The translations under genes were made by a program, and so were the position numbers. From Candidatus Latescibacterota bacterium (GTDB taxonomy: Bacteria > Latescibacterota > UBA2968 > UBA8231), in assembly GCA_965206595.1 (NCBI GenBank), contig OZ242214.1, forward strand, positions 1,344,001 to 1,408,000: a DNA stretch of 64,000 bases, written 5' to 3'. The notes under the pieces are model-generated. The model saw only the letters and a program-made list of their open reading frames with translations. It ran no database searches and was not told where the DNA came from. Below, piece after piece: positions 50,524 to 60,593 of this stretch; positions within the stretch are counted from its first letter, which is position 1, and every line of letters starts with the position of its first letter.

Positions 50524-50813
50524 GGACCAGACCTTGCGTATCGGGGATGACCTCCTCCGTCGAGGTGCGCAGGTTTCGAGCGCGCGAGGGAGGCCGCGAA
50601 ACCTGCGCTGCCCCGGGAGGCGGGAGGCCCCCGGAAGTCTACCAATTATCCGCGCCGGATGAACAGGGCGGGAATTCGACGGGCGCGCGGTGGCCTGTCC
50701 GGGGCCTCCGCAACCGCGGCGGAACGGCCGGAAATTTCCCTTGATCCGGCAACCTGCCGGGCCGTTTTTAGCACGTCATCCGCAGCTGCACAAAGCCAAA
50801 AGGGAGGGGAGAG

Positions 50814-52181
50814 ATGACCACCGAGTTGAGTTCCCTCAGTGTCATTTTCACCGAGTTCTACTACTGGATTACGGTCGTGCTCATGTTCTTCATCCACGTG
50901 GGCTTCTGCATGTACGAAGTCGGGGTCTCACGGCATAAGAACCACATACATACCCTGATGAAGAACACGATGCTGATACCGCTGGTCACCATCACGTTCT
51001 TCTTTTTCGGCTGGTGGATCTATTTCGCCTTCCCCAACGGACCCGGCTTTACCGGGGGCCTCGTCGAGGCGCCTCACGCAGTAGCCTGGAGCCAGCTCAT
51101 GGGCCCCCACATGGGGGGCGCCGGCGACCCTGACGGTTGGGCGCGCCTCAACGGCGTCTTCTGGGCGGCCTTTCTCCTGTTCTCGTGGACGGCCGCCTCC
51201 ATCGTCTCGGGTTCGGTCATCGAACGCATCCGCTCCTCGGCCTTCTGGATCCTGGCGATCCTGATCGGATCGGTGTTCTGGGTCATCGACGCGGCCTGGG
51301 GCTGGCACGCCGAAGGCTGGATGGTGCAGCTGCTCGGTTATCACGACGCCTATGCCTCCGGGGTGATCCACGCCATTGCCGGCGGCTTCGCTCTCGGGGT
51401 CCTGGTGGTGCTCGGTCCGCGCATCGGCAAGTTCGCCCCCGACGGCACCCCGAGGAGCCTGAATCCCCGCAACCCCTGGCTGGTGACCATCGGACTGTTC
51501 CTGATCTACACTGGCTTCTGGGGGTTCTACGTGGCCTGCAACGTTCCGATGTGGGACGTGCAGAGCGGCGACGGAACTTTCTACTCCGCCACCAACATCT
51601 ACCTCGCTCCCACGACCTTGTCGGCGATCACCGTGAACTTCCTCATGGCCCTGTCCGGAGGACTTCTCGCGGGTTACGTCATCTCCCGGGGGGACGCCTA
51701 CTGGACCTATTCCTCCGGCCTCGCCGGGATCATCGCCGCCTCGGCAGGCAACGACCTGTACCATCCGATCCAGGCGATGATCATCGCCGCCCTCGGCGTC
51801 CTGTTCATGTACAAGATGCACTACTGGGTCGAAAGGCGGTTCAAGGTCGACGACGCGGTGGGCGCGGTGGCAGTCCACGGCTACGCCGGTTTTTTCGGCG
51901 TCGTCATCTGCGGATTCGTGCTCTGGGGCTATCCCTCTTCCCCCAACGGGGACTACGCGTCCATCAATCCGTTGGGTCAGATCGCCGGCGCCGTGATCAT
52001 GTTCGCGGTGTTGGGCTTCATCCCGGGGTGGATCGCCGCCAGGATCATCAACGCCCTGGGCGGGCTCCGCATTCCGCGGGAAGTCGAGCTGGCAGGCCTC
52101 GACTTCAGCACCGCCCACGACCGCGCGCAGGAGGAGCAGGGCATCATCCACGCCGAGCGCGAGGAGCTCGGCAGGGTCTGA
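50814..52181 (+). CDS. Ammonium transporter (Amt) family, divergent subfamily
   Basis: About 11 hydrophobic segments; SIVSGSVIER, VIHAIAG, LGPRIGKF, DDAVGAVAVHG, ELAGLD. Confidence 0.9.
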   Translation: MTTELSSLSVIFTEFYYWITVVLMFFIHVGFCMYEVGVSRHKNHIHTLMKNTMLIPLVTITFFFFGWWIYFAFPNGPGFTGGLVEAPHAVAWSQLMGPHMGGAGDPDGWARLNGVFWAAFLLFSWTAASIVSGSVIERIRSSAFWILAILIGSVFWVIDAAWGWHAEGWMVQLLGYHDAYASGVIHAIAGGFALGVLVVLGPRIGKFAPDGTPRSLNPRNPWLVTIGLFLIYTGFWGFYVACNVPMWDVQSGDGTFYSATNIYLAPTTLSAITVNFLMALSGGLLAGYVISRGDAYWTYSSGLAGIIAASAGNDLYHPIQAMIIAALGVLFMYKMHYWVERRFKVDDAVGAVAVHGYAGFFGVVICGFVLWGYPSSPNGDYASINPLGQIAGAVIMFAVLGFIPGWIAARIINALGGLRIPREVELAGLDFSTAHDRAQEEQGIIHAEREELGRV

Positions 52182-52249
52182 TTCGCCTGACGTCCCCTCG
52201 AGGGGCGGAGATCGGAACATAGCAGCATACCGGAATACAGGAGAAAGTC

Positions 52250-52483
52250 ATGACTACGGGAAACGTCGAAAGCTGGGGGGGCAACATCTCGGAGATCGGC
52301 CCTATGTACCCCTTCGTCGGTTCGGAGGTTCTGCTGTTCGTTGTCGGAATGGCCCTGTGGGTCGTCTGGCACGTCCTGCAGATCCGCACCGAGACGAGGA
52401 GCTACGAGGACGAGATACAGCGTTTCGGCGACAAGGAGACGCTGCAGAAGATCCTAGATGCCGAGGATCCGTACGCTCCCTAA
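52250..52483 (+). CDS. Small single-TM protein downstream of amt
   Basis: AGGAG RBS; SWGGNISEIGPMYPFVGSE, one TM helix, charged tail. Confidence 0.75.
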   Translation: MTTGNVESWGGNISEIGPMYPFVGSEVLLFVVGMALWVVWHVLQIRTETRSYEDEIQRFGDKETLQKILDAEDPYAP

Positions 52484-52613
52484 GAGACGGAGGAACAACA
52501 ACCGACCAGCAGCAGCGCAGCCCGAAACCGGGAGGCCCTGAGCCTCATCCCATCGGCATAGGCCCCTTCGTGCGTGAGCACGTGCCCGTGTGGGGGGGGC
52601 CTTCCCCTCCGGC

Positions 52614-53729
52614 CTACCAGTCCACGACCGACCCGTCGTCCGGGTCGAAGTGAACTCGATAGGGACGCGGTTCGCCGACTTGATCCATCAGCTTGTCTTC
52701 GTCGATGGCGATGCCCCGTGGGCAGGGGTCGGTGGCCGTTGGCGACAGGCGGCAGAGGTTTTGCAAGCAGGTCCTCGTATTCGTTGCCTCCGCCCTCCTG
52801 GGTGAGAAAGTTGGGGATGGCAGCGGCGATCTGCAGACTCGCTGCGAGCGAACAGGGACCTTGGGGGTTGTGCGGGGCCAGCGGCGAGTAGTAGGCCTCG
52901 GCCATGCCGGCGATGATCTTCAATTCCGTGATGCCTCCGGCATAGCAGACATCCGGCTGCAGGATGTGGGCGGCGCGCTTTTCGAGGATTTCCTTGAATC
53001 CCCACTTGGTAAAGATGCGCTCGCCGGTGGCAATGGGGATGTGGGTCTTTTCGGCGAGCTCGGCCATGACATCGACGTTGAGGGCCTGCACGATTTCCTC
53101 GTAGAACCTAGGGATGATACGGTTCGAGCGCCTTGATGAGCAGCGAGGCGGTAGGAGGCTGTACTGCGCCGTGAAAGTCAACGGCGATATCGACGCCGGA
53201 GCCGTGTTGTTCGCGGAGCGCCTTGAAACGCTCGACGATCTCATCGACGAATTTCTGGCCCTCGATGTATTTGAAGGGGGAACGCGACGTGCCCGGACCC
53301 ACCTTCATGGCGTTGACGCCGGTCTTTTCGCTCACTTCGCCATATACCCGAATCCGATCGCGCGTTGGGCCGCCGAGCAGCTTGTACACGGGCACGTCAT
53401 AGCATTTTCCGGTGATGTCCCAAAGGGCCATGTCAATGCCGGAGGAGATGGCGGTTTTGATCGGGCCCCCGCGATAGAAGGCGCCGCGGTGGATGGCCTG
53501 CCAGTGATGGGTGACCGGGCGGGGATCCTTTCCTACCAAGATAATCGGCGACTTCGAGGGCGCCGGCGGCACATGCCTTGGCGTCGTTCTTGAGCATTTC
53601 GCCCCAACCGGCGATACCCGCGTCCGTCGAGATCTTGACGAAGACCCAGGAGTTTTTGAGAACGAACGCCTCGATCCTGGTGACCTTGATCGCATCGTTG
53701 GGCCCGATCGGGGCTTGAGCGCTCGACAT
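52614..53729 (-). pseudogene. Galactonate dehydratase-like enolase, multiply frameshifted
   Basis: WVFVKISTDAGIAGWGE, YRGGP, GIDMALWDITGK, DFHG, ATGER, QPDVC, DDGSVVDW; lesions near 53535, 53109 and 52715. Confidence 0.85.
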
Positions 53730-53917
53730 GGCAACAATCCTCTGGTTTCTGGGTGATGCTCCGGCCGCCGGCGAATGCTTCTGCGGCAGCTTCGAGTTTC
53801 CTGGAGTACCGGCTCCTGCGGTACCGGAATGGAGCGGCTGGATTTTCCCCCTGGTGCCGAAGGCTACCTCGAGCTTCGGTCAGGTGCCGTTCCCCGGAGG
53901 AATTGGCGTCCGCGGGC

Positions 53918-55033
53918 TCAGCCGCGGTCCGGCCCCGAGGGCAGGGGCGGCAGCTCCCCCAGGCGCCCCCCGTAGAGCTTGTTCAGCAGGCCGGCGCGCA
54001 GGACCTCGGCGTCATCTTCCGGGAACCGGTCCGGGTGGCACCAGCGCGCGACGAGATCGACGGTGAAGATGTACTTCAGGGTCCAGAAGTCGCAGGAGAA
54101 CGGATCGGGAAGCTCGTGCACCCTCCCGTTGCGTACCGCCTTGACCGTGCGCCATCCTGACATCTCTCCCAGGTCCCCGGTGTCGAGCCGGTCGTTGCAC
54201 CACATGACGATCAGCTCCGGGTTCCAGACGAGGACGTTCTCGAGGTTGACCACCAGCGACTCGAGGTCGCTGCCGGCCGCCACGTTGGTCCCGCCGGCCA
54301 GCTCGATCAGCTCCTGCACGGTGCTGTTGCGGCCGGCGGTCCCCAGCGGCCCCTGGGCCCACATGAAGTAGACGCGCGGCAGGGCGGATGGCCCTTCTCC
54401 TTCGAGGGGGGCGACCCTGCGCCGCACCGCCTCCAGCTCCTCACGGGCGATGGCGAGGAGTTCGTCCGCCCGCTCCCGGGTGCCGGTCAGCTCGCCGAGG
54501 GCGGCGATCTCCCGGTGGATGTCCTCGAAGCGCTCGATGAAGACCCCGAAGACGGGGATCCCCTTCTCCTCGAGGGCGGCTATCGACTCCTCCTGGCCGG
54601 ACCAGACGATCACTAGGTCAGGCTGCAGCGCCACCATGCTCTCGATATTGACGAAGTCCCAGTTGCCCGGCGTCGCCAGGGTGCGCTCGCGCATGCGCTC
54701 GTCCATGGCAGCGTAGTACGGGAAGACGCTCCCTTGGTAGACGTTGGTCGAGATGCCGACGAGGCGGTCCTCGGCCCCGAGCATGTAGAGTCCGCTGAGG
54801 GCGCTTTCGAGCAGGCAGACGATGCGCTCCGCCGGCTTCTCAAGCTCGATGCGCTTGCCGCGGAAATCGGTGACCCTCACCCCTTCGGTGGCCGCCACCC
54901 CTTCCGCGGCCGCAGGATCGCCGGGGAGGAGGAGGGAAAGGGGAAGAAGAAGGAGGAGGTGAAAAAGCAGGGGCCCCGCGGCGGCCGCTCCCGGTAGGGG
55001 GGGCGCCGCGGGGCCGCAAGCTGCAACGGTCAT
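53918..55033 (-). CDS. Fe/B12 ABC transporter periplasmic binding protein
   Basis: VTDFRGKRI..PAERIVCL, NIESMVALQPDLVI, LIELAGG, VKAVRNGRVH. Confidence 0.9.
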   Translation of the reverse strand: MTVAACGPAAPPLPGAAAAGPLLFHLLLLLPLSLLLPGDPAAAEGVAATEGVRVTDFRGKRIELEKPAERIVCLLESALSGLYMLGAEDRLVGISTNVYQGSVFPYYAAMDERMRERTLATPGNWDFVNIESMVALQPDLVIVWSGQEESIAALEEKGIPVFGVFIERFEDIHREIAALGELTGTRERADELLAIAREELEAVRRRVAPLEGEGPSALPRVYFMWAQGPLGTAGRNSTVQELIELAGGTNVAAGSDLESLVVNLENVLVWNPELIVMWCNDRLDTGDLGEMSGWRTVKAVRNGRVHELPDPFSCDFWTLKYIFTVDLVARWCHPDRFPEDDAEVLRAGLLNKLYGGRLGELPPLPSGPDRG

Positions 55034-55058
55034 CGGCTAGTGCCTTCGCGTGCAGGCA

Positions 55059-57122
55059 CTAGAAGCTGACCATCAGACCGCCGTTGGTCGAGAAGCCGGG
55101 ATCCTGGAATCCCCAGGGCATCTCGAAGGTCTGGTTGGTGAGGTTGTAGGGCTCGAGGAAGAGGGTCAGATCGTACCCGTCCCGGGTGCTGACTCCGTAC
55201 TGGACCCGGGCGTTCACCAGGAAGTACCCGGGGAGGGGGTCGTCAGCGTCCGTGTTTGGATCATCCTTCCTGATGTCCGAGTAGATGCCGCTGTAGGATT
55301 GGGCCGTGACCGTCGCCCGCAGGCCCTGGGCAAGGGTCAGGTGGACGCCGAGGCCGATGACGCTCTCAGGAACGAAGTTGATCTTGGCGCCGATCAGATC
55401 CTCATTCTCGTGCTCTTTCACCTCGGCGTTGGTGTAGGTGTAGTTGGCGAACCACTCCACCATGTCGCTAAGGCGGTGGGTGACCTCCAGTTCGGCGCCG
55501 TTGGTCGCGGTGTTGCCGGCGTTGATGTCCTGCGACTGGGGCGCGCCTTCTACCTCCACCTGCACGATCTGGTCCTCGAGGGCGATGTTGAAGCCCCGCA
55601 GGCCGACCTGCAGACCCGCCATGGGCCGGTAGTTCACGCCCAGGTCGATGCTGGTGCCCGCCTCCGGCTTGATGTCCGGATTGGGCAGGTGGCCGCTGTC
55701 CGTGCTACCCAGGGGGACGGTGCCGCCCACCGACTTTTGGGAAGGGGCCTTGAAGCTGGTGCCGAAATTGGTGTACACGGCCAGCTCGTCGCTGTGGTTG
55801 TAGCGGGCCCCGGCGCTGTAGAGGAGCTTGTTCCAGGAGTTGCTCTCTTCTCCCGGAGGAGCGCCGCTCAACAGCTCGATGTCGTGGGCGATGCTCGTGA
55901 AGCGTGCCCCGGCCCGCAGGGTGAGGTTGTTCAGGCGGAACTCCTCCTGGGCGTAGAGGCCCAGGCCGGTGGCGGTGCCCTCGTTGTTGGTGTTCAGAAC
56001 GCCCGACTCCGAGGTGTTCTTGTAAGAGGCGAGCTGGTAGTCGGCGCCCACGGTGAGCACGTCTGACTCGCGGGTGATGACGGAGACGGAGAAATCGGCC
56101 GGCATCACCGACTGGTCGACGCCGTCCTCCGAGCGCAGGGCGAGGCTCTCGGGGATGACCACCCCAAGGGAATCGCGAGCGAAGTTGTCTTCCTCCCAGC
56201 GGCGCACGTAGTCGCGGTAGCCGACCTTTGCGCGGGCGGTGATCTTGTCGGAGACCGGGTGGATGTATCCGGCGTTCAGGGTGGTGTAGGTGTGGCCGAA
56301 GTCCCGGTTCGGGCGGCCGCCATCGCCGGTGTGCCAGGTGCGGTGGGCATAGAGGGAGACCCGCTGGCCGCTGTCGTTGAGGTAGTAGGTTCCCCGCATG
56401 TACATCTTGGTCTTCTCGTAGTTCGGGGAATCGTCCTCGAGCATGTTCAGCCAGGAGTTTCTATTGCCGTCCTCGTCGAAGGTGCCGTAATAGGTGTAGT
56501 CGGAGTCCTCGTGGTGCCCGCCGAAGAAGAGGTGCAGGTTGCCGGCTGCCCTCTGGTGGAAGAAACGGCCGCCGATCGTCTTGTAGGAACCGCCGTACAC
56601 CGAGGCGCTGGTGCGGGTGTTCCTGACCCTCTCCCGGAGGATGAAGTTGGCCGTGCCCGCCAGGGGCGACTGGTTGCCGGCGAAGTCCATGGCGAGGTAG
56701 GTCGGATAGAGCACCGAAGCCGAACCGCGCTGGTCCTCTACCCGTTCGAATGCCCAGGGGTCGAGGCTCTGCAGATCGACGAAGGCGTCGATCGGCAGGC
56801 CGTCGAGCATGTAGCCCTTGTAGGTGTGCGCGAGGCCGCCGGAGGACCCCCAGTTGGCGTCGTTGCGGGACAGCACGTTGGCGAAGTTGCCCGGGCTGTA
56901 GGAGAGGATTTCGGCGAGGTTGCCGTTGCCCTGGACCAGGGAGCCGATCTCGTCGGAGGTGATGATGGAGATCTTCTGGGTCACGTTGCCCGGCGTCTGC
57001 GGCAGCTTGGAGCCGGTGACGATGACCTCCTCCATTTCGGTGATATCTTCCTCATGGCTGTCGGCAAAGGCCAGGCCGGCGCCGAGGCAGAGGAACAGCG
57101 GGATGTGAAGAAGTCGCTTCAT
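55059..57122 (-). CDS. TonB-dependent receptor
   Basis: Signal peptide, EEVIVTGS TonB box, plug (LDGLPI, RGSASVLY), NLTNQ, C-terminal Phe. Confidence 0.92.
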   Translation of the reverse strand: MKRLLHIPLFLCLGAGLAFADSHEEDITEMEEVIVTGSKLPQTPGNVTQKISIITSDEIGSLVQGNGNLAEILSYSPGNFANVLSRNDANWGSSGGLAHTYKGYMLDGLPIDAFVDLQSLDPWAFERVEDQRGSASVLYPTYLAMDFAGNQSPLAGTANFILRERVRNTRTSASVYGGSYKTIGGRFFHQRAAGNLHLFFGGHHEDSDYTYYGTFDEDGNRNSWLNMLEDDSPNYEKTKMYMRGTYYLNDSGQRVSLYAHRTWHTGDGGRPNRDFGHTYTTLNAGYIHPVSDKITARAKVGYRDYVRRWEEDNFARDSLGVVIPESLALRSEDGVDQSVMPADFSVSVITRESDVLTVGADYQLASYKNTSESGVLNTNNEGTATGLGLYAQEEFRLNNLTLRAGARFTSIAHDIELLSGAPPGEESNSWNKLLYSAGARYNHSDELAVYTNFGTSFKAPSQKSVGGTVPLGSTDSGHLPNPDIKPEAGTSIDLGVNYRPMAGLQVGLRGFNIALEDQIVQVEVEGAPQSQDINAGNTATNGAELEVTHRLSDMVEWFANYTYTNAEVKEHENEDLIGAKINFVPESVIGLGVHLTLAQGLRATVTAQSYSGIYSDIRKDDPNTDADDPLPGYFLVNARVQYGVSTRDGYDLTLFLEPYNLTNQTFEMPWGFQDPGFSTNGGLMVSF

Positions 57123-57301
57123 TGAGTATGCCTCCCGTGTGTGAAGCGGTGCGAACTACGAACTACGCAGGGTGAGTATATTCCCGTGACCGGCCCGAAA
57201 GCCGGTGTCGAACAAATAATAACTAAAAGGGATTCCCACTTCATCCACAGGCCATTCACTGGCCGGATGAGGATGCGAATCGCAGCAGAAGGAAAGTGGA
57301 T

Positions 57302-58111
57302 ATGAGGTTGCTGGCCATTTTTGCTCACCCGGACGACGAGTCGTTCATCTGCGGCGGGACCTTGGCAAAGGCAGCGTCCGAAGGGCACGACGTCCACCTG
57401 GTCTGCGCCACCCGCGGGGAGGAGGGAGAGATCGTCCACCCCGGGATCGACCCGGACCGCTACCCCAAGGGGGAGGAACGGGGAAGGCTGCGGTCCGAGG
57501 AGCTGGAAAGCGCCGGCGCGATCATGGGAGTCGCCCCGCCGGTCTGGCTCGGCCACTGCGATTCAGGCTTCCCTGTCGAGGTCGGGCGCGGCAACCCGCG
57601 GGCGCTGATGAACCAGGAATCGGTTGCCCTGGAGCGGCAGCTTCTGCCGATCATCGCGGAACTGCGGCCGCAGGTGATGATCACCTTCGACCCCCACGGG
57701 CTTTACCCCCACGCCGACCACGTCGCCATTCACCGCGCCGCGGCCGCGGCGTTCTGGTCGGCCGGCAGCGTCGCGCAGCCGGCGCCGAGGCGCCTGTACT
57801 ATCCGGTCTATCCCCTGGAGTTGTTGCGCGAGACGCAGGAAAAGCATTCCGCTGCCCCGATGGCCGACGTCGAGGCGGACCTGTGCGGGGTGTCGGACGA
57901 CTCGATCGCGGCCGCAATCGACATTCGCGGCCATGAAGAGCAGAAACTGGCCGCGATCTGCGCCCATGCCTCGCAGTTCGGCACCGAGGAGCAGGCGCGC
58001 GCCCAGATCGAGCAAAGGCCTCAGATGATGGCAGTGGAGCATTACGCTCTCGGTGGCCTGAGGGGAAGCTTCCCGCCGATGCCGGTCGACTGCCTGTTTT
58101 CGGGCTTCTAA
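57302..58111 (+). CDS. PIG-L family deacetylase (MshB/BshB-like)
   Basis: FAHPDDE, ATRGEEG, YPHADH, AHASQ. Confidence 0.9.
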   Translation: MRLLAIFAHPDDESFICGGTLAKAASEGHDVHLVCATRGEEGEIVHPGIDPDRYPKGEERGRLRSEELESAGAIMGVAPPVWLGHCDSGFPVEVGRGNPRALMNQESVALERQLLPIIAELRPQVMITFDPHGLYPHADHVAIHRAAAAAFWSAGSVAQPAPRRLYYPVYPLELLRETQEKHSAAPMADVEADLCGVSDDSIAAAIDIRGHEEQKLAAICAHASQFGTEEQARAQIEQRPQMMAVEHYALGGLRGSFPPMPVDCLFSGF

Positions 58112-58255
58112 GACTGAGGCGAGTCCCGAAACAACCGCTACCGGGCTGGGCAAGCCCCTGCATGGCGCCCGCTTCGCCGTTCCGTCCCGAGAAACCCGGG
58201 AAGCCCGGGACCCGATCACTCGAAGTCGGACGAACTCTGGTTGAACTGCGTCGGC

Positions 58256-58678
58256 CAGCCGTTCCCGCATCGGCGTCGAAAACCGCGAGCCAGACGGTGA
58301 CGGTCTCCCGCGGTTCGAGGGGCCAGTACCTGGCATCCTGGTGCCAGGGAACCGTCGATTCGTCGTGGGGGAACTTGATGAAGAAGGCCCCTCCCCACTG
58401 GTAGAAGTCGGGGCCGAGAAGGTCCTCGACGTAGTCGAGAACGGCGGGGATGCGGCCCAGCTCATGGACCAGCGGTTCGCCTTGTGCCAGTTGTTGACGC
58501 GGTAGATGTCGACGCTGTCCGGCACGCTGTCGACGAGCTCCGTGAACTCCCGCTGCAGCGTCGCGACCCCCTCCTCGTCGAGCAGGCGCAGGTTCTTCAG
58601 GTAACCGGTCTCGTGGAACTGTTCGATCCGGGCCGGGGTCAGGCGCAGGCCCCTGGCCGCGGCGGCGATTTCAGACAT
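58256..58678 (-). pseudogene. Phytanoyl-CoA dioxygenase, frameshifted and 3'-truncated
   Basis: QFHETGY..HKANRW, frameshift near 58469, VEDLLGPD..VPWHQDARYWPL..TVWLAVFDAD, then homology lost. Confidence 0.8.
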
Positions 58679-58872
58679 GGGAGGTCTCCTCGTCGGGCTG
58701 GTGAAAGGGCCATGGCGAACCGACGCAAGGCCTAAGAGCGGACCCTGATTCTGCGTGCCTCGCGAACCTCACGGAGCCCCGCGCCGTCAACTCCAGGGAT
58801 TGCGGACGTCAATTTCCGTTCTCCTGGCGAATCGGACCGCTGACCGGCCGGTCCCTCCGGCAGCGGCTCCGC

Positions 58873-59805
58873 CTACAGAGGGCTGGTGGTCGCCGCGGCC
58901 CCTGCCCGCTCTTCGGCCCACGCCTTGAGCGGGACGTCGTCCCAGTTCGAAGTGATCCAGTACTGGGAGGAGGGGTGGAACTCCGGCGTCTCCCCGAGGG
59001 GAGGCGACCCGGTGGCCAGCGCTCCCAGCAGCTGGCGGCGTATCGGAGAGCTGCGCGCGATCAGCTCGGGGTCCTGCTCGATGTAGTCGGTGGGCCGCAG
59101 CCAGCGGTAGTGGTAGCCGACGTGCATGATCTGGCGCGTCCTCGCCGACAGGTTGGGGCCGACGCAGTGCCAGGTCGCGGTGCGCCAGAGCACCGCGGTG
59201 CCGGGGGGAATCCTCAGCTCGACCGCGTCGTCGGGATCGACCGCGGAACCGTTCCGCAGCTCCTGCGGCCGCCGCAGGTGGCTGCCGGGCACCACCCAAA
59301 GGTTGCCGGAGTTCGACTCGCCGAGGTCGGAGAAGGCATAGAAGATCTTGACCTCCATGAACGGCAGGCGCCCGTCGAGGGAGGGGGCCTCGAACAGGTA
59401 GCTGCCGGCGAGATCGGGGTGCCAGTTGACGTTGCGGTACCCGGCCCGATGATCCTCCCCGTCGCCAAGGCCGACCCCTCCGGTTCGCATCCGGCGGGGG
59501 TAGGGCGGCCGGTAGTCGAGGTGGGAGGTGCGGATCTGGATGTTCCAGCCGATGGCGTCGACGACCAGGGGAAGGGCCTTCGGGTGATCGATCAGGTCGA
59601 GGAAAGCGTCGTGCTGGGCGAGGGCGTTGCGGACGGCAAAAGGCTCTTCGGGACCGAGGCCGGTCGATTCCCGGAGACGGGCGGCCACCTCGTCGACCGC
59701 TTCGAGCAGGCGGCCGACTTCGTACGGCTCGAGGAAGTCGTCGAGGATGACGTACCCCTTCTCCTCGAAGTCCCGCTGCTGCTCTGCGGTCATGGCGATG
59801 GCCAT
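58873..59805 (-). CDS. Phytanoyl-CoA dioxygenase family (Fe/2OG)
   Basis: FEEKGY, WHPD, VVPGSH, TWHCVGPN..R. Confidence 0.9.
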   Translation of the reverse strand: MAIAMTAEQQRDFEEKGYVILDDFLEPYEVGRLLEAVDEVAARLRESTGLGPEEPFAVRNALAQHDAFLDLIDHPKALPLVVDAIGWNIQIRTSHLDYRPPYPRRMRTGGVGLGDGEDHRAGYRNVNWHPDLAGSYLFEAPSLDGRLPFMEVKIFYAFSDLGESNSGNLWVVPGSHLRRPQELRNGSAVDPDDAVELRIPPGTAVLWRTATWHCVGPNLSARTRQIMHVGYHYRWLRPTDYIEQDPELIARSSPIRRQLLGALATGSPPLGETPEFHPSSQYWITSNWDDVPLKAWAEERAGAAATTSPL

Positions 59806-59833
59806 CGTTCGGCTCTCGTCGCGCCTTGGGGGG

Positions 59834-60478
59834 TCAGTTCGACCCGGCCCAGCGCACCCCCTGGGTCATCAGCGCCTGCATGGCCGGACGCTGGAAGGTG
59901 CCGGCGGTGTGCCCGAGGGCGGTGTAGAAGACCCGCCCCGCCTTGTACGGCTTGACCCAGGCCATCGGATGCGGCTTGTCGCTCCACTCCGCCGTGGCGA
60001 GGATGCGGATGGCGGGATCCCAGGCCGACATGTAGATCTCGTCCTCGACCTCGAAGTCGGAGATGCCCCGGGTCACCGGGTGGGTGCCGTCCTCGATGTT
60101 CACGGTGAAAGTCAGGCCGGGAGGATGCCAGTTGGCGTGCCCGCCGAGGAGATCGACAGCGCGCGCCCCGACCCACCAGCCGGTGCCGTGGACTCCGACC
60201 AGGCCCTTGCCGCCGGCGACGAAATCGAACAGCCCGTCCTCCTGTTCCTGGGTGAGGTCGGGCTCCCGCAGCACGCCCCCGTCCGGCCCCTGGAAGGCGC
60301 GGGTGAACCCGGTTCCGAACACGCAGGCGTCGAACTCGCGCAGCGCCGCGGAAGCGAGGATGTCCTTGTCGCCGTCCAGTTGCGCTTCGAGGTCGCCGGC
60401 CGTATTAAGGAATCCGCAGATCACCTCGGCGCTCTGCCCGAAGCCGTGATTTTCGCCCGACAAAACCAGAACCTTCAT
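59834..60478 (-). CDS. ThuA-like domain protein
   Basis: FVAGGKGLVGVHG, HPVTRGI..DEIY, GRVFYTALGH. Confidence 0.88.
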   Translation of the reverse strand: MKVLVLSGENHGFGQSAEVICGFLNTAGDLEAQLDGDKDILASAALREFDACVFGTGFTRAFQGPDGGVLREPDLTQEQEDGLFDFVAGGKGLVGVHGTGWWVGARAVDLLGGHANWHPPGLTFTVNIEDGTHPVTRGISDFEVEDEIYMSAWDPAIRILATAEWSDKPHPMAWVKPYKAGRVFYTALGHTAGTFQRPAMQALMTQGVRWAGSN

Positions 60479-60593
60479 TCGCAGTCCCTCCGTTGTGGTG
60501 GAATAGCATCCCGATATGGTTGCTCAGCAGGCCAAGGCCTGCCGCAGCCCAGATGGACTTCAGCAACGGGCTGATAACCCGGGGAAGATAGAT

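Noticed and set aside
57123-57300. Cobalamin riboswitch upstream of the TonB receptor
   Set aside because: Only an isolated GGGAA and short hairpins; I could not find the B12-box core. An Rfam scan would settle it.
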